Positions 1 through 9,573 of a stretch of DNA of 64,000 nt are shown here, piece after piece; the first letter of the stretch is position 1, and every line of letters starts with the position of its first letter. The notes under the pieces are model-generated. The model worked only from the letters and a program-made list of their open reading frames with translations, ran no database searches and was not told the origin of the DNA. Both the position numbers and the translations under genes were made by a program. The DNA is from an uncultured cyanobacterium (GTDB lineage Bacteria > Cyanobacteriota > Cyanobacteriia > Cyanobacteriales > Nostocaceae): NCBI GenBank assembly GCA_963740315.1, contig CAVUDP010000004.1, positions 320,001 to 384,000 on the forward strand. The letters are read 5' to 3'.

Positions 1-35
1 AAATTGCATGACTTTTGCAAAAAATATCCAAAAAA

Positions 36-49
36 GTTACGAATTATAC
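36..49 (+). promoter_or_regulatory. Putative NtcA box upstream of nirA (GTT-N8-TAC, one mismatch)
   Basis: GTTacgaattaTAC versus consensus GTA-N8-TAC; the nir operon is a known NtcA target; no clear -10 box at canonical spacing. Confidence 0.45.
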
Positions 50-217
50 AAAACAATTAATACATTTATCTATTTAATAAGAACTTAACCTAAGTAAAGT
101 TTGAAACAACGAACTTAATAATTTTGAGCATAAAAATACTTGCTTAATTGCAAAATTAGATAAATACTTGTAACTGTTTTATATTCGTTAACCTTGGATT
201 CTTAAGGTAAAGCAACC

Positions 218-1765
218 GTGTCTACTACCCAATCGAATAAACCTGCAACTCTTAATAAGTTTGAGAAAATTAAAGCGGAAAAAGATGGATTAGCCATCAA
301 AGATGAACTGGAAAATTTTGCCCAAATCGGTTGGGAGGCGATGGAAAAATCCGATTTGGAACATCGTCTCAAATGGGTAGGAGTTTTCTATCGTCCCGTG
401 ACACCTGGTAAATTCATGTTGCGGATGCGAACTCCTAGTGGGATTTTATCTAGCAATCAGTTGCGCGTACTTGCGGAAATTGTCCAGCGTTACGGTGCAG
501 ACGGTTGTGGTGATATTACAACTCGACAAAATATTCAGTTGCGGGGAGTTCGTCTCGAAGATATACCGGATATTTTTCGCCGTTTGGATGAAGTAGAAAT
601 GACTTCTATGCAGTCGGGGATGGATAATGTCCGTAATATCACTGGTTCGCCAGTTGCGGGAATTGATGCGGAGGAACTGATTGATACCCGCGAATTGGTA
701 CAAAAAGTTCAGGACATGATTACTAACAATGGTGAAGGTAATTATGCATTTACCAATCTTCCTCGAAAATTCAATATTGCGATCGAAGGGGGGCGGGATA
801 ATTCAGTTCATGCTGAAATCAACGATATCGCCTTTGTTCCGGCTTATAAAAATGGAGAGTTGGGATTCAACGTTTTAGTTGGTGGCTTTTTCTCAGCTAA
901 ACGTTGTGAAGGTGCGATACCTTTAAATGCTTGGGTTCTTCCCAACAACGATGATGTTGTCGATTTATGTCGAGCAATTCTATCTGTTTTCCGAGATAAC
1001 GGAGCAAGAGCAAATCGTCAAAAATCCAGATTAATGTGGTTGATTGATGAATTGGGAATCGATAAATTCCGTTCGATGGTGGAGCAAGAATTTGGACGTA
1101 CTTTAGCGATCGCAGCCGAGAAAGATGAAATCGACTGGGAAAAACGCGACTGTATCGGCGTTCATAAGCAAAAACAACCCGGTTTAAACTACGTTGGTTT
1201 GCACGTTCCCGTTGGAAGACTTTACGCCCAAGATATGTTCGACTTAGCCCGGTTAGCCGAAGTTTACGGTAGCAGTGAAGTACGTTTAACTGTCGAGCAA
1301 AACGCAATTATTCCCAATATTCTTGACGATAATTTAGAAGATTTTCTCACCGAACCTTTGCTGCAAAAATTTACTATCGAACCCGAACCATTAGAAAGGG
1401 CGCTGGTATCCTGTACGGGTTCTCAATTTTGTAACTTTGCGCTGGTGGAAACGAAAAATAGAGCCTTGGCTTTAACTAAACAGCTTGACGCAGAATTGGA
1501 TATGCCCAAATCTGTGAGAATCCATTGGACAGGCTGTCCTAACTCCTGCGGACAACCACAGGTAGCCGATATCGGACTAATGGGAACAAAAGTCCGTAAA
1601 GATGGCAAAACCGTTGAAGGGGTGGATTTGTACATGGGCGGGAAAGTAGGCAAAGATGCCCAATTAGGTACTTGCGTACAGAAAGGTATTCCTTGTGACG
1701 AGGTTAATACTGTCTTAAAGCGTATATTGATAGAAACTTTTGGCGCAAAGGCAAAGCAAGATTAG
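218..1765 (+). CDS. nirA: Ferredoxin-nitrite reductase
   Basis: Siroheme/4Fe-4S motifs CTGSQFC and WTGCPNSCGQ, NLPRKFN, TTRQNIQ; first gene of the nitrate assimilation cluster. Confidence 0.96.
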   Translation: MSTTQSNKPATLNKFEKIKAEKDGLAIKDELENFAQIGWEAMEKSDLEHRLKWVGVFYRPVTPGKFMLRMRTPSGILSSNQLRVLAEIVQRYGADGCGDITTRQNIQLRGVRLEDIPDIFRRLDEVEMTSMQSGMDNVRNITGSPVAGIDAEELIDTRELVQKVQDMITNNGEGNYAFTNLPRKFNIAIEGGRDNSVHAEINDIAFVPAYKNGELGFNVLVGGFFSAKRCEGAIPLNAWVLPNNDDVVDLCRAILSVFRDNGARANRQKSRLMWLIDELGIDKFRSMVEQEFGRTLAIAAEKDEIDWEKRDCIGVHKQKQPGLNYVGLHVPVGRLYAQDMFDLARLAEVYGSSEVRLTVEQNAIIPNILDDNLEDFLTEPLLQKFTIEPEPLERALVSCTGSQFCNFALVETKNRALALTKQLDAELDMPKSVRIHWTGCPNSCGQPQVADIGLMGTKVRKDGKTVEGVDLYMGGKVGKDAQLGTCVQKGIPCDEVNTVLKRILIETFGAKAKQD

Positions 1766-1951
1766 TTTATACGATTAATTTACAAATGTATTTTGATCGT
1801 ATTTATACTATGCCCAAAAGTCTAAACTGATACAGTAAATTATGCGATCGCCGAGCATAATTAATTCAATCTTTGTTCTGATTTTAATATGCACCGTTCG
1901 CTGTATCTATCTCAAAGTAAATCTTACTACGAATAATTAAGAGGTTAATCG

Positions 1952-3499
1952 ATGCTTGGAGAATTGTTATCTTTTCGCGGCAGGTACAAAATCCTGCATA
2001 TGACTTGGTTCGCGTTCTTTCTATCATTCTTTGTTTGGTTTAACCTTGCTCCCTTAGCAACGCAGGTAAAAGCAGATTTTGGTTTGGAAGTAAGTCAAAT
2101 TAGAACCTTAGCAATTTGTAACGTTGCTTTGACGGTTCCGGCTCGAATCATCATCGGGATGCTATTAGATAAATTTGGTCCGAGAATTACTTATTCGTTA
2201 TTACTTATTTATGCAGCGATTCCCTGTATTGCCTTTGCCAGCGCTCAAAATTTTACACAGCTAGTAATCAGCCGTTTGGCATTAAGTATTGTTGGTGCGG
2301 GGTTTGTAATTGGTATCCGCATGGTTGCAGAATGGTTTCCTCCCAAAGAGATTGGTTTAGCTGAAGGAATCTATGGAGGTTGGGGTAACTTTGGTTCGGC
2401 TGCTGCGGCTTTTACTCTACCTACAATTGGTGCATTCTTAGCTTTTGGAGCAGGTGGAACTCTTAACTGGAGATTATGTATTGCTGGAAGCGGTATCGTT
2501 GCGGCTCTGTATGGAGTGCTGTATTTCTTCAACGTACAGGATCATCCTCCTGGAAAAGTCTATCAAAAGCCTAAGAATGCTAGAGGTTTGGAAGTAACCA
2601 GCGTCCGCGATTTCTGGTTTTTAATGTTGATGAACTTACCTCTGACAGGCATTTTGATGGTTCTGGCTTGGCGCTTGCAAAAGGTTGGCTTATACGGTGG
2701 CGAGACACTATTGCTCGTTTTGGCTGGATTGCTTGGTTTATATTTGTTCCAAGCTTATAACTGTTGGGTTGTAAACAAAGATTTGATTGCGGGTAAGAAA
2801 AAATATTCGGCGAAAGATCGTTACAATTTCTCTCAAGTAGCGATTCTGGAATTAACCTATGTGGTTAACTTTGGTTCGGAATTGGCTGTAGTTTCCATGC
2901 TTCCGGCGTTTTTTGAAGGAACATTTTCTTTAAACCCAGCAATGGCGGGAATGATCGCAGCTAGCTATGCTTTCATGAACCTGGTATCTCGTCCTGGTGG
3001 GGGCTTAATTTCAGACAAACTGGGTAGCCGCAGAATAACTATGGCTGTCCTCACTGGTTGTATGGGTATAGGCTACATGATGCTGGGATCGGTTGGTGCT
3101 GGCTGGTGGTTGCCCTTAGCTATCTTATTGGTTATGACTTGTTCTTTCTTCGTACAGGCTGGAGAGGGTTCGACATTTGCGATCGTTCCTTTGGTGAAGC
3201 GTCGAGTTACTGGTCAAATTGCGGGTAACGTGGGAGCTTATGGAAACGTTGGTGCTGTTGCTTATCTGACTATCTTTAGTTTGTTACCTGAGTGGTTGAG
3301 CGGTGGTGGAGAACAGACTCCGGCAGTTATTGCTCAGTCGAATACAGTCTTTTTCCAGATGATGGGTACTGCGGCTTTGATAGTTGCTTTCTTATGCTGG
3401 TTTGTTTTGAAAGAACCCGAAGGTTCGTTTGCAGAACATCATGAAGGAGAAGATGATTATTCTGAATTGGCGATCGAACCAAAAGGAATTCGTTCCTAG
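1952..3499 (+). CDS. nrtP: MFS nitrate/nitrite transporter (NarK/NrtP family)
   Basis: About 12 TM segments; nitrate signature GGWGNFG and GNVGAYGNVG; lies between nirA and narB. Confidence 0.92.
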   Translation: MLGELLSFRGRYKILHMTWFAFFLSFFVWFNLAPLATQVKADFGLEVSQIRTLAICNVALTVPARIIIGMLLDKFGPRITYSLLLIYAAIPCIAFASAQNFTQLVISRLALSIVGAGFVIGIRMVAEWFPPKEIGLAEGIYGGWGNFGSAAAAFTLPTIGAFLAFGAGGTLNWRLCIAGSGIVAALYGVLYFFNVQDHPPGKVYQKPKNARGLEVTSVRDFWFLMLMNLPLTGILMVLAWRLQKVGLYGGETLLLVLAGLLGLYLFQAYNCWVVNKDLIAGKKKYSAKDRYNFSQVAILELTYVVNFGSELAVVSMLPAFFEGTFSLNPAMAGMIAASYAFMNLVSRPGGGLISDKLGSRRITMAVLTGCMGIGYMMLGSVGAGWWLPLAILLVMTCSFFVQAGEGSTFAIVPLVKRRVTGQIAGNVGAYGNVGAVAYLTIFSLLPEWLSGGGEQTPAVIAQSNTVFFQMMGTAALIVAFLCWFVLKEPEGSFAEHHEGEDDYSELAIEPKGIRS

Positions 3500-3569
3500 T
3501 ATTGGTTTTTGGTTTACTAAGGAATCGATGAGTAAAGTGTTATTTTCGTCGGTTCCTTTTTTTCTTCTT

Positions 3570-3637
3570 GTAGGGTGTGTTAGACGCAAAAGTATATACA
3601 AATTTAAACGACGATTTGTATACGTCTAACGCACCAT
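3570..3637 (+). repeat. REP-like GTAG palindromic element, family A
   Basis: GTAGGGTGTGTTAGACG...CGTCTAACGCACCAT; related copies at ~3845, 8596, 19023, 31430, 62809. Confidence 0.75.
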
Positions 3638-4040
3638 CCGGAATTGCCTCATAAACCTATAAGCCTTTTAATCTCGTATTAAGTAGTTAAACATAATTAA
3701 TTGCACAATGTCATTGCGAGTGAAACGGAGTGAAACGAAGCAATCGCAAGGGCTGGGAAAGATCCGCACAGCGAACAATGACGGTAAATATTTTTGTTTA
3801 CTTACTTATTCTTTTTTTAAACGTCGTACCCTTTCCGTCTTCAGATGGTGCGTTACGGCTTTATCTGAATAGTAATCTTTAACAAAAATTTTATTGTGCC
3901 GTAACACAACGGCAATAAAGCAGGAGGAACATCCACACTGCTTTTTGCCTCCCCTACAATTAGGTTTTATGAGTAAAACAAGTTTTTTAAATAATCATTT
4001 CATTAAATAATTTTCCGATATTTAATAACAACCATAAAAT

Positions 4041-6332
4041 ATGTCCGATTCAATTAAAACTCTTTGCCCTTATTGCGGTGTTGGGTGCGGTTTAGAAGTT
4101 TCTCCTCCCGCAGCATCGGGACGTGCAACTCATCGAGATAATCAAGGTAATCCGATTTGGAAAGTAGTTGGTGATAAAAGCCATCCTTCATCTAAAGGTA
4201 TGGTTTGCGTTAAGGGAGCTACCGTTACAGAATCTCTCGACCAAAATCGGCTCAAATACCCAATGATGCGGGATTCTCTGTCAGAATCTTTTACTCAAGT
4301 CACTTGGGATGAAGCTTTTAATAAAATCGTCGATCGCATTCAAACCATTCGCCAAAATCGCGGTGCGGATGCTATTTGTATGTACGGTTCCGGTCAGTTT
4401 CAAACTGAAGATTATTATATTGCTCAAAAATTAATCAAAGGCTGTTTGGGAACTAATAATTTTGATGCCAATTCGCGCTTGTGTATGTCTTCGGCAGTTG
4501 CAGGCTATACGCAAAGCTTTGGTGCTGACGGACCACCTTGTTGCTATGAAGATTTAGAATTAACCGATTGTGCTTTTCTAATCGGTACCAACACCGCAGA
4601 ATGTCACCCGATTGTTTTCAACCGTTTGCGGAAGCATCATAAAAAAAATCGCAACGTCAAAATGATTGTTGTAGATCCCCGATGTACTAAAACAGCGGAA
4701 GTTGCAGATTTACATTTAGCAATTAATCCCGGCACAGATATTGACTTACTCAACGGTATTGCTCATTTATTAATGCGTTGGGGTGCGTTTGATAGTTTAT
4801 TTATCGATGAATGTACTCAAGGATTTTCTAATTACGCTGAGGTTATTCAAGATTATCCTCCGGAAGTAGTTTCTCAAAAATGCGGTATTGGTACAGATGA
4901 ACTCGAACAGGCAGCGCGTTACTGGGCTGATTCCAAGAAAGTCCTGTCTTTATGGTCGATGGGCATAAATCAATCTTCCGAAGGTACCGCAAAAGTGCGT
5001 ACTTTGATTAATCTGCATTTAATGACGGGAAATATTTGCAAACCCGGAGCCGGACCATTTTCATTAACCGGACAACCCAACGCAATGGGCGGTAGAGAAG
5101 CCGGAGGTTTAGCTCACATTCTCCCCGGATATCGCTCGGTGAAGAATGCCCAACATCGAACTGAAGTAGAGCAAGTTTGGGGTTTGAATCCAGGTCAAAT
5201 TTCAGATGAACCCGGTCGCGATGCCTGGAGTATGATTACAGGATTGGAAACTGGTGAAGTCGATCTACTGTGGATTGCAGCTACAAATCCAGCAGTAAGT
5301 ATGCCAGATTTGCAGCGAACGAAAGCGGCTTTACTCAAATCTCCCTTCACGATTTATCAAGACGCTTATTATCCCACCGAAACTTCTGCTTACGCTCACC
5401 TATTATTACCAGCAGCCCAATGGGGTGAAAAAACTGGAACCATGACTAACTCAGAACGAGTTGTAACTTTGTGTCCCCAGTTTCGGGAACCCCCAGGTGT
5501 TGCCAAAGCCGATTGGGAAATCTTCGCCGAAGTCGGTCGCCGTCTTGGTTTTGAGGATAAATTTGCTTTTACAGACGCAGCCGCAGTTCATGCCGAATTT
5601 GTGGAATTAACTCGCGATCGCCCTTGCAATATGGGGGAAATCAATCACGAAAACTTAGCAACTATCGGTCCAATGCAGTGGTACGATACCCAAAAAGCAG
5701 AAATAGAAGTTGAGGAAAATGATTCCGGTTTCTGGTCATCGTTATTAGAAGGTTTTACCGAAAAAGAACCACTTCAAGGAAAGAGACTTTATACAGATTT
5801 ACGCTTTCATACCCCGGATGGTAGGGCAAAATTTGCGGCTTATCATTCTCGCGGATTAGCAGAACCACCGTGTGAAGAGTATCCTTTCGTTCTTACGGTT
5901 GGGAGATTATACGGTCACTGGCACACCCAAACCCGCACGGGAAGAATTGAGAAAATCGTCAAAATGCATCCTCAACCTTTCATCGAAATTCATCCCCGCG
6001 ATGCAGCAAAATTAGAAATTACAGACGGAGACTCGATAGAAATAAAATCCCGTCGCGGAACAGCAAAATTTCCGGCAAAAGTAACTAAGGCGATCGCCCC
6101 CAAAACCGTATTTGTTCCCATGCACTGGGGCGCTTTGTGGGCTGACGATGCCGAAGCTAATAACATGACTCATCCCGAATCTTGTCCGATATCTCTACAG
6201 CCAGAACTGAAAGCTTGTGCGGTGCAACTTGTCCCAGTTACCTCTCTCCCACAGCCTTCCAAAGAGTTGCCTCACCAGGAACCGTCACAGCCTGCTGACT
6301 TGATTCCGGTGTCAACCTCGAACCATAAGTAA
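4041..6332 (+). CDS. narB: Ferredoxin-nitrate reductase (Mo-bisPGD)
   Basis: N-terminal CPYCGVGC...C cluster motif, [21 protein letters not shown]-terminal QPELKAC. Confidence 0.96.
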   Translation: MSDSIKTLCPYCGVGCGLEVSPPAASGRATHRDNQGNPIWKVVGDKSHPSSKGMVCVKGATVTESLDQNRLKYPMMRDSLSESFTQVTWDEAFNKIVDRIQTIRQNRGADAICMYGSGQFQTEDYYIAQKLIKGCLGTNNFDANSRLCMSSAVAGYTQSFGADGPPCCYEDLELTDCAFLIGTNTAECHPIVFNRLRKHHKKNRNVKMIVVDPRCTKTAEVADLHLAINPGTDIDLLNGIAHLLMRWGAFDSLFIDECTQGFSNYAEVIQDYPPEVVSQKCGIGTDELEQAARYWADSKKVLSLWSMGINQSSEGTAKVRTLINLHLMTGNICKPGAGPFSLTGQPNAMGGREAGGLAHILPGYRSVKNAQHRTEVEQVWGLNPGQISDEPGRDAWSMITGLETGEVDLLWIAATNPAVSMPDLQRTKAALLKSPFTIYQDAYYPTETSAYAHLLLPAAQWGEKTGTMTNSERVVTLCPQFREPPGVAKADWEIFAEVGRRLGFEDKFAFTDAAAVHAEFVELTRDRPCNMGEINHENLATIGPMQWYDTQKAEIEVEENDSGFWSSLLEGFTEKEPLQGKRLYTDLRFHTPDGRAKFAAYHSRGLAEPPCEEYPFVLTVGRLYGHWHTQTRTGRIEKIVKMHPQPFIEIHPRDAAKLEITDGDSIEIKSRRGTAKFPAKVTKAIAPKTVFVPMHWGALWADDAEANNMTHPESCPISLQPELKACAVQLVPVTSLPQPSKELPHQEPSQPADLIPVSTSNHK

Positions 6333-6456
6333 TCGGAATCGCACCTAAAACAAACGAAGCGAATACCACTAGAAAAATCGTGCGAATATTATGCTGTGGA
6401 TGTTGGCTAAGTTCGCCATTATTTTCGATGTGGCGACCCAAATGTTTAACATTCAT
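6238..6456 (-). CDS. Possible small single-TM protein, convergent with and overlapping the narB 3' end
   Basis: 72-aa ATG ORF with hydrophobic [19 protein letters not shown]; overlaps only the low-complexity narB tail. Confidence 0.4.
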   Translation of the reverse strand: MNVKHLGRHIENNGELSQHPQHNIRTIFLVVFASFVLGAIPITYGSRLTPESSQQAVTVPGEATLWKAVGER

Positions 6457-6551
6457 ATCAAAAATATTTCCGAAAATAGATGATTTAACAACTCCAATTT
6501 TAAATAAAAATAGAAAAATGTAGTCAATGTAACCGTTTAATTTTACAAAAA

Positions 6552-6565
6552 GTAACGAGAGTTAC
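6552..6565. promoter_or_regulatory. NtcA box
   Basis: Perfect GTA-N8-TAC (GTAACGAGAGTTAC, with GTAAC/GTTAC palindrome) ~40 nt upstream of narM; a second imperfect GTA-N8-AAC at 6520-6533. Confidence 0.65.
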
Positions 6566-6604
6566 AGTTTTTTTTTGAAAAGATGGAAAAAAGAGGAAAT
6601 ATCA

Positions 6605-7057
6605 ATGAGCGACTTTTTTAAATTCGAGGCTGATTTTGTCGATAGCTTGCGCTGCATACCCATGCAGGTACGTTTAAAACTAGATAACACCGGAGTCAAG
6701 CTGAAATTATCTCACTGGTATCAATTTACAGAACAAGAACGTCAAACTTTAGTTGAAATGCCCTGCACGAGCGCTGAAGAATGTTTAAATTATCGAGAAT
6801 TTTTGCAAAACTTGATTATTGACAAAACAGGAACCGCCGCCAGCGAACTTCCCGTAGAAGACAATCCCGCTTGGATGAACGAGAAAGAAATTCCCGAAAT
6901 TGTACAAACTGCCTCGGCAGAGAAAAGCGTTAATATTACAGTTGAACAATGGGAAAAACTGACACCATTGCAACGTTTTGCTTTAATAAAACTTAGTCGA
7001 GCAAGCCATGAAAACCAAAACTTTTATCCAGCAATTCAGGAATTTGGGTTAGTTTAA
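6605..7057 (+). CDS. narM: Nitrate reductase-associated protein NarM
   Basis: FFKFEADFVDSLRCIPMQVRLKLD...LTPLQRFALIKLSR family motifs; downstream of narB; ATG after a GAGGA SD. Confidence 0.88.
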   Translation: MSDFFKFEADFVDSLRCIPMQVRLKLDNTGVKLKLSHWYQFTEQERQTLVEMPCTSAEECLNYREFLQNLIIDKTGTAASELPVEDNPAWMNEKEIPEIVQTASAEKSVNITVEQWEKLTPLQRFALIKLSRASHENQNFYPAIQEFGLV

Positions 7058-7244
7058 ATAGCTAGACTGTAAAATTGATATCAAATCAGTAAAAATAATG
7101 CTTAACAATGGTATCTACTGAGTTAGTGGAACAGTTTGGGGGAAGCAAGTTTCAAACCATTGTTGCCAAAGCACGTTAAATTATAAAGAAAAACCACAGG
7201 AAGTTATTTGTCTATAATTAGAATTGTTGCGGAGACTCCAAAGC

Positions 7245-7475
7245 ATGAGTGAAACTGCGGAAAAACTTAAACTTCAACTTTCTCAGCTTTCTGGAAAAGA
7301 ACGTGCTGAAATTGCCTACTTTTTAATTCATTCTCTAGATGAGGGTATAGATGATAATCTAGAAATTGCTTGGGATACGGAATTAAGCCAACGGTTGGAA
7401 GATATTAATCGCAAAACAGCCATTGGAGAACCATCATCTCAAGTTTTTTCTGAGTTACGAGAAAAGTATTCGTGA
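7245..7475 (+). CDS. Addiction-module antitoxin (TIGR02574-like)
   Basis: LSxxERAEIA..L..SL..AWxxEL.xRL pattern; stop overlaps the start of the downstream toxin. Confidence 0.8.
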   Translation: MSETAEKLKLQLSQLSGKERAEIAYFLIHSLDEGIDDNLEIAWDTELSQRLEDINRKTAIGEPSSQVFSELREKYS

Positions 7476-7780
7476 AGTTTGTTGTTATCCACACCGAAGC
7501 TAGAAAGGAGCTTGATGCTGCAATAGCTTACTATGAAGCTCAAACAGTAGGCTTGGGATTAGATTTACTCTCTGAAGTGGAAAGAATTCTTCTTAAAATT
7601 CAGCGAAACCCCAATTTAGGAATCCCATACAAGATTGAAGGAATACGTCGTTATGCTATTCAACGTTTTCCCTATCTGATTTTTTACACAGAGCTTGAAG
7701 AAGTGATTTGGGTTATTGCGATCGCGCATAATAAACGAAAACCGAATTACTGGAAAAAAAGAAATATTGAAATTGAATAA
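7472..7780 (+). CDS. RelE/ParE-family type II toxin
   Basis: EARKELDAAIAYYE...RFPYLIFY...VIAIAHNKRKPNYW. Confidence 0.85.
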   Translation: MKFVVIHTEARKELDAAIAYYEAQTVGLGLDLLSEVERILLKIQRNPNLGIPYKIEGIRRYAIQRFPYLIFYTELEEVIWVIAIAHNKRKPNYWKKRNIEIE

Positions 7781-7848
7781 AAAATTGGATAAACTCCCGT
7801 GTTATTTACAATATCCTCCTAACTCCTAACCCGTAACTACTCTTCCCC

Positions 7849-8460
7849 TTGTCTCCCCATCCCCTTGTCTCCCCATCTCCCCATCCCCGCATCGCTGCCT
7901 TAATCCTCGCAGGTGGTAAAAGTTCTCGTATGGGTAGCGATAAAGCACTTGTAGATTACCAAGGTAAACCGATGTTGCTTTCTGTTTATCAAGTTGCTGC
8001 TGCTTGTACCGAACAAGTTTATATTCTGACTCCTTGGAGCGATCGCTATCAAAGTATTTTGCCGCCAGATTGTCAATATCTAGTTGAAAGTCAGCCGGGA
8101 AAGGGACCTGTAAATGGTTTATATCAAGGGTTAGAGCAAATTTCCGCCGACTGGATATTATTACTTGCTTGCGATTTACCTTTATTAGATGTAGAAATTT
8201 TGCAAAGCTGGATAAATAAACTTCCACAAATTCCAGCTTCAACATTGGCTTTAGTTCCACAGCGATCGCAAATTTGGGAACCGATGTGTGGTTTTTATCG
8301 AAAAGAGGTAAAAACGGAATTAGATATTTTTTTGAAAATGGGAAAGCGATCGTTTCAAGAATTGCTTTCGGGTATTGATGTAGAAGCTTTAAATGTTGAT
8401 GAAAAAACGAGTTTGATGTTGTTTAATTGTAATTCTCCGGGGGATTTGGAATCGTCGTAA
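7849..8460 (+). CDS. mobA: Molybdenum cofactor guanylyltransferase (start uncertain, N-terminus overlaps STRR-like repeats)
   Basis: ILAGGKSSRMGSDKA, GPVNGL, LACDLP, FNCNSP; adjacent to the nar genes. Confidence 0.9.
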   Translation: MSPHPLVSPSPHPRIAALILAGGKSSRMGSDKALVDYQGKPMLLSVYQVAAACTEQVYILTPWSDRYQSILPPDCQYLVESQPGKGPVNGLYQGLEQISADWILLLACDLPLLDVEILQSWINKLPQIPASTLALVPQRSQIWEPMCGFYRKEVKTELDIFLKMGKRSFQELLSGIDVEALNVDEKTSLMLFNCNSPGDLESS

Positions 8461-8564
8461 AATAGCCCTCAGACTGGAAGTCTGGGGAACCAACGAAACA
8501 AAGTCCGCCTGCGCGGACTAATAGCCTAATCGATCGTAGTTTTTGTAGGCAGACTTAAGAATAA

Positions 8565-8690
8565 CAGGACTTACGCAACTGGCATATTTTTATTGTAGGG
8601 TGTGTGACGCATTTATCTCGTTTGAACTTAGTAATAAGACTTGTAGCGTCACGCACCACCCTCTTAACTGTAACAATATCGTAAGTCCTG
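8565..8690. mobile_element. MITE-like element with CAGGACTTACG terminal inverted repeats and a nested REP-like element
   Basis: CAGGACTTACG at 8565 and CGTAAGTCCTG ending at 8690; AATAA on both flanks; family A REP at 8596-8660 inside. Confidence 0.65.
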
Positions 8691-8703
8691 AATAATATAA
8701 TTT

Positions 8704-9354
8704 CTATGTATTAGCTTGATAAAATAATTTGAGCCGGGAATACCATAATTTCCAGCAATTAATCAAGCTTGCTCTGTCAAATTCAAAAATCTCCGCTTCT
8801 CGATCGCGTAAAGCAACAACGATTAAAGCGCGGCGAATGTTGCAACCGAAAAGACTTTCGCCATAATATCTGTTAATTGCACCGCCATAAGCAACTAGCT
8901 GTAAAGGCTTATCATAAAGATTTTCAATTTTTAATTTCGGTTTTTCAGAAGTAGTCCATTCAATTACGTGAGGAATACCTTTGTAACGTGCGACTAAATC
9001 TACTTTTGCCGTGTATTTTTCTTGATAGTTGGGTATAAGTTTTTCAATTAATTGAATATCGCTAAGTTCGTTTAGCACAGGTTGAATACTATCCCAGTAA
9101 GGTTCGATAAATTTGTTTGTTGGTTTAGATAAGTTACCTTGCAAATGTTCTTGAATTGTTTGATGTAAAGCTTTCCCACGACAACAGCTATTAAATATTA
9201 TTTGATTTGCCTTTGTCTTACCAACTTTTTTACGCCAAGAAGATAAAGCCGCTAAAGATTTTGGTGATTGTGTTGCTTTTAAAATAGTGGTGACGCTGGG
9301 AAGATTGTTTTGTTTGTGTTGATAGGGTTGGTTGATGTAAGTGGTTCTCATCAA
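8704..9354 (-). CDS. PD-(D/E)XK exonuclease-like protein (cyanophage exonuclease/MGME1-like)
   Basis: LPSVTTIL...WRKKVG...RGKALH...VD...EWTTS...QLVAY pattern. Confidence 0.7.
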   Translation of the reverse strand: MMRTTYINQPYQHKQNNLPSVTTILKATQSPKSLAALSSWRKKVGKTKANQIIFNSCCRGKALHQTIQEHLQGNLSKPTNKFIEPYWDSIQPVLNELSDIQLIEKLIPNYQEKYTAKVDLVARYKGIPHVIEWTTSEKPKLKIENLYDKPLQLVAYGGAINRYYGESLFGCNIRRALIVVALRDREAEIFEFDRASLINCWKLWYSRLKLFYQANT

Positions 9355-9422
9355 AGTTATTTTCTAAAAGTTGCTGAATTTATTCTTGCAACTTTGCTTT
9401 GAAGATAACTCTCATACTGAAA

Positions 9423-9452
9423 CTGACATAGGCTGACTTAGACTGACATAGC
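9423..9452. promoter_or_regulatory. Three tandem 10-bp direct repeats (CTGACWTAGN), putative operator
   Basis: CTGACATAGG CTGACTTAGA CTGACATAGC in the divergent intergenic region. Confidence 0.5.
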
Positions 9453-9573
9453 TCTAATCATTTCTAAAACTTGCTTACAATTGCTATTTATAAGTCAAAA
9501 TAACCAATATGAGAAAACCTAAGTTTTCAAAGCTAAATATTAAATTGTTTTTAGATAAATAAAAAAATAACCA

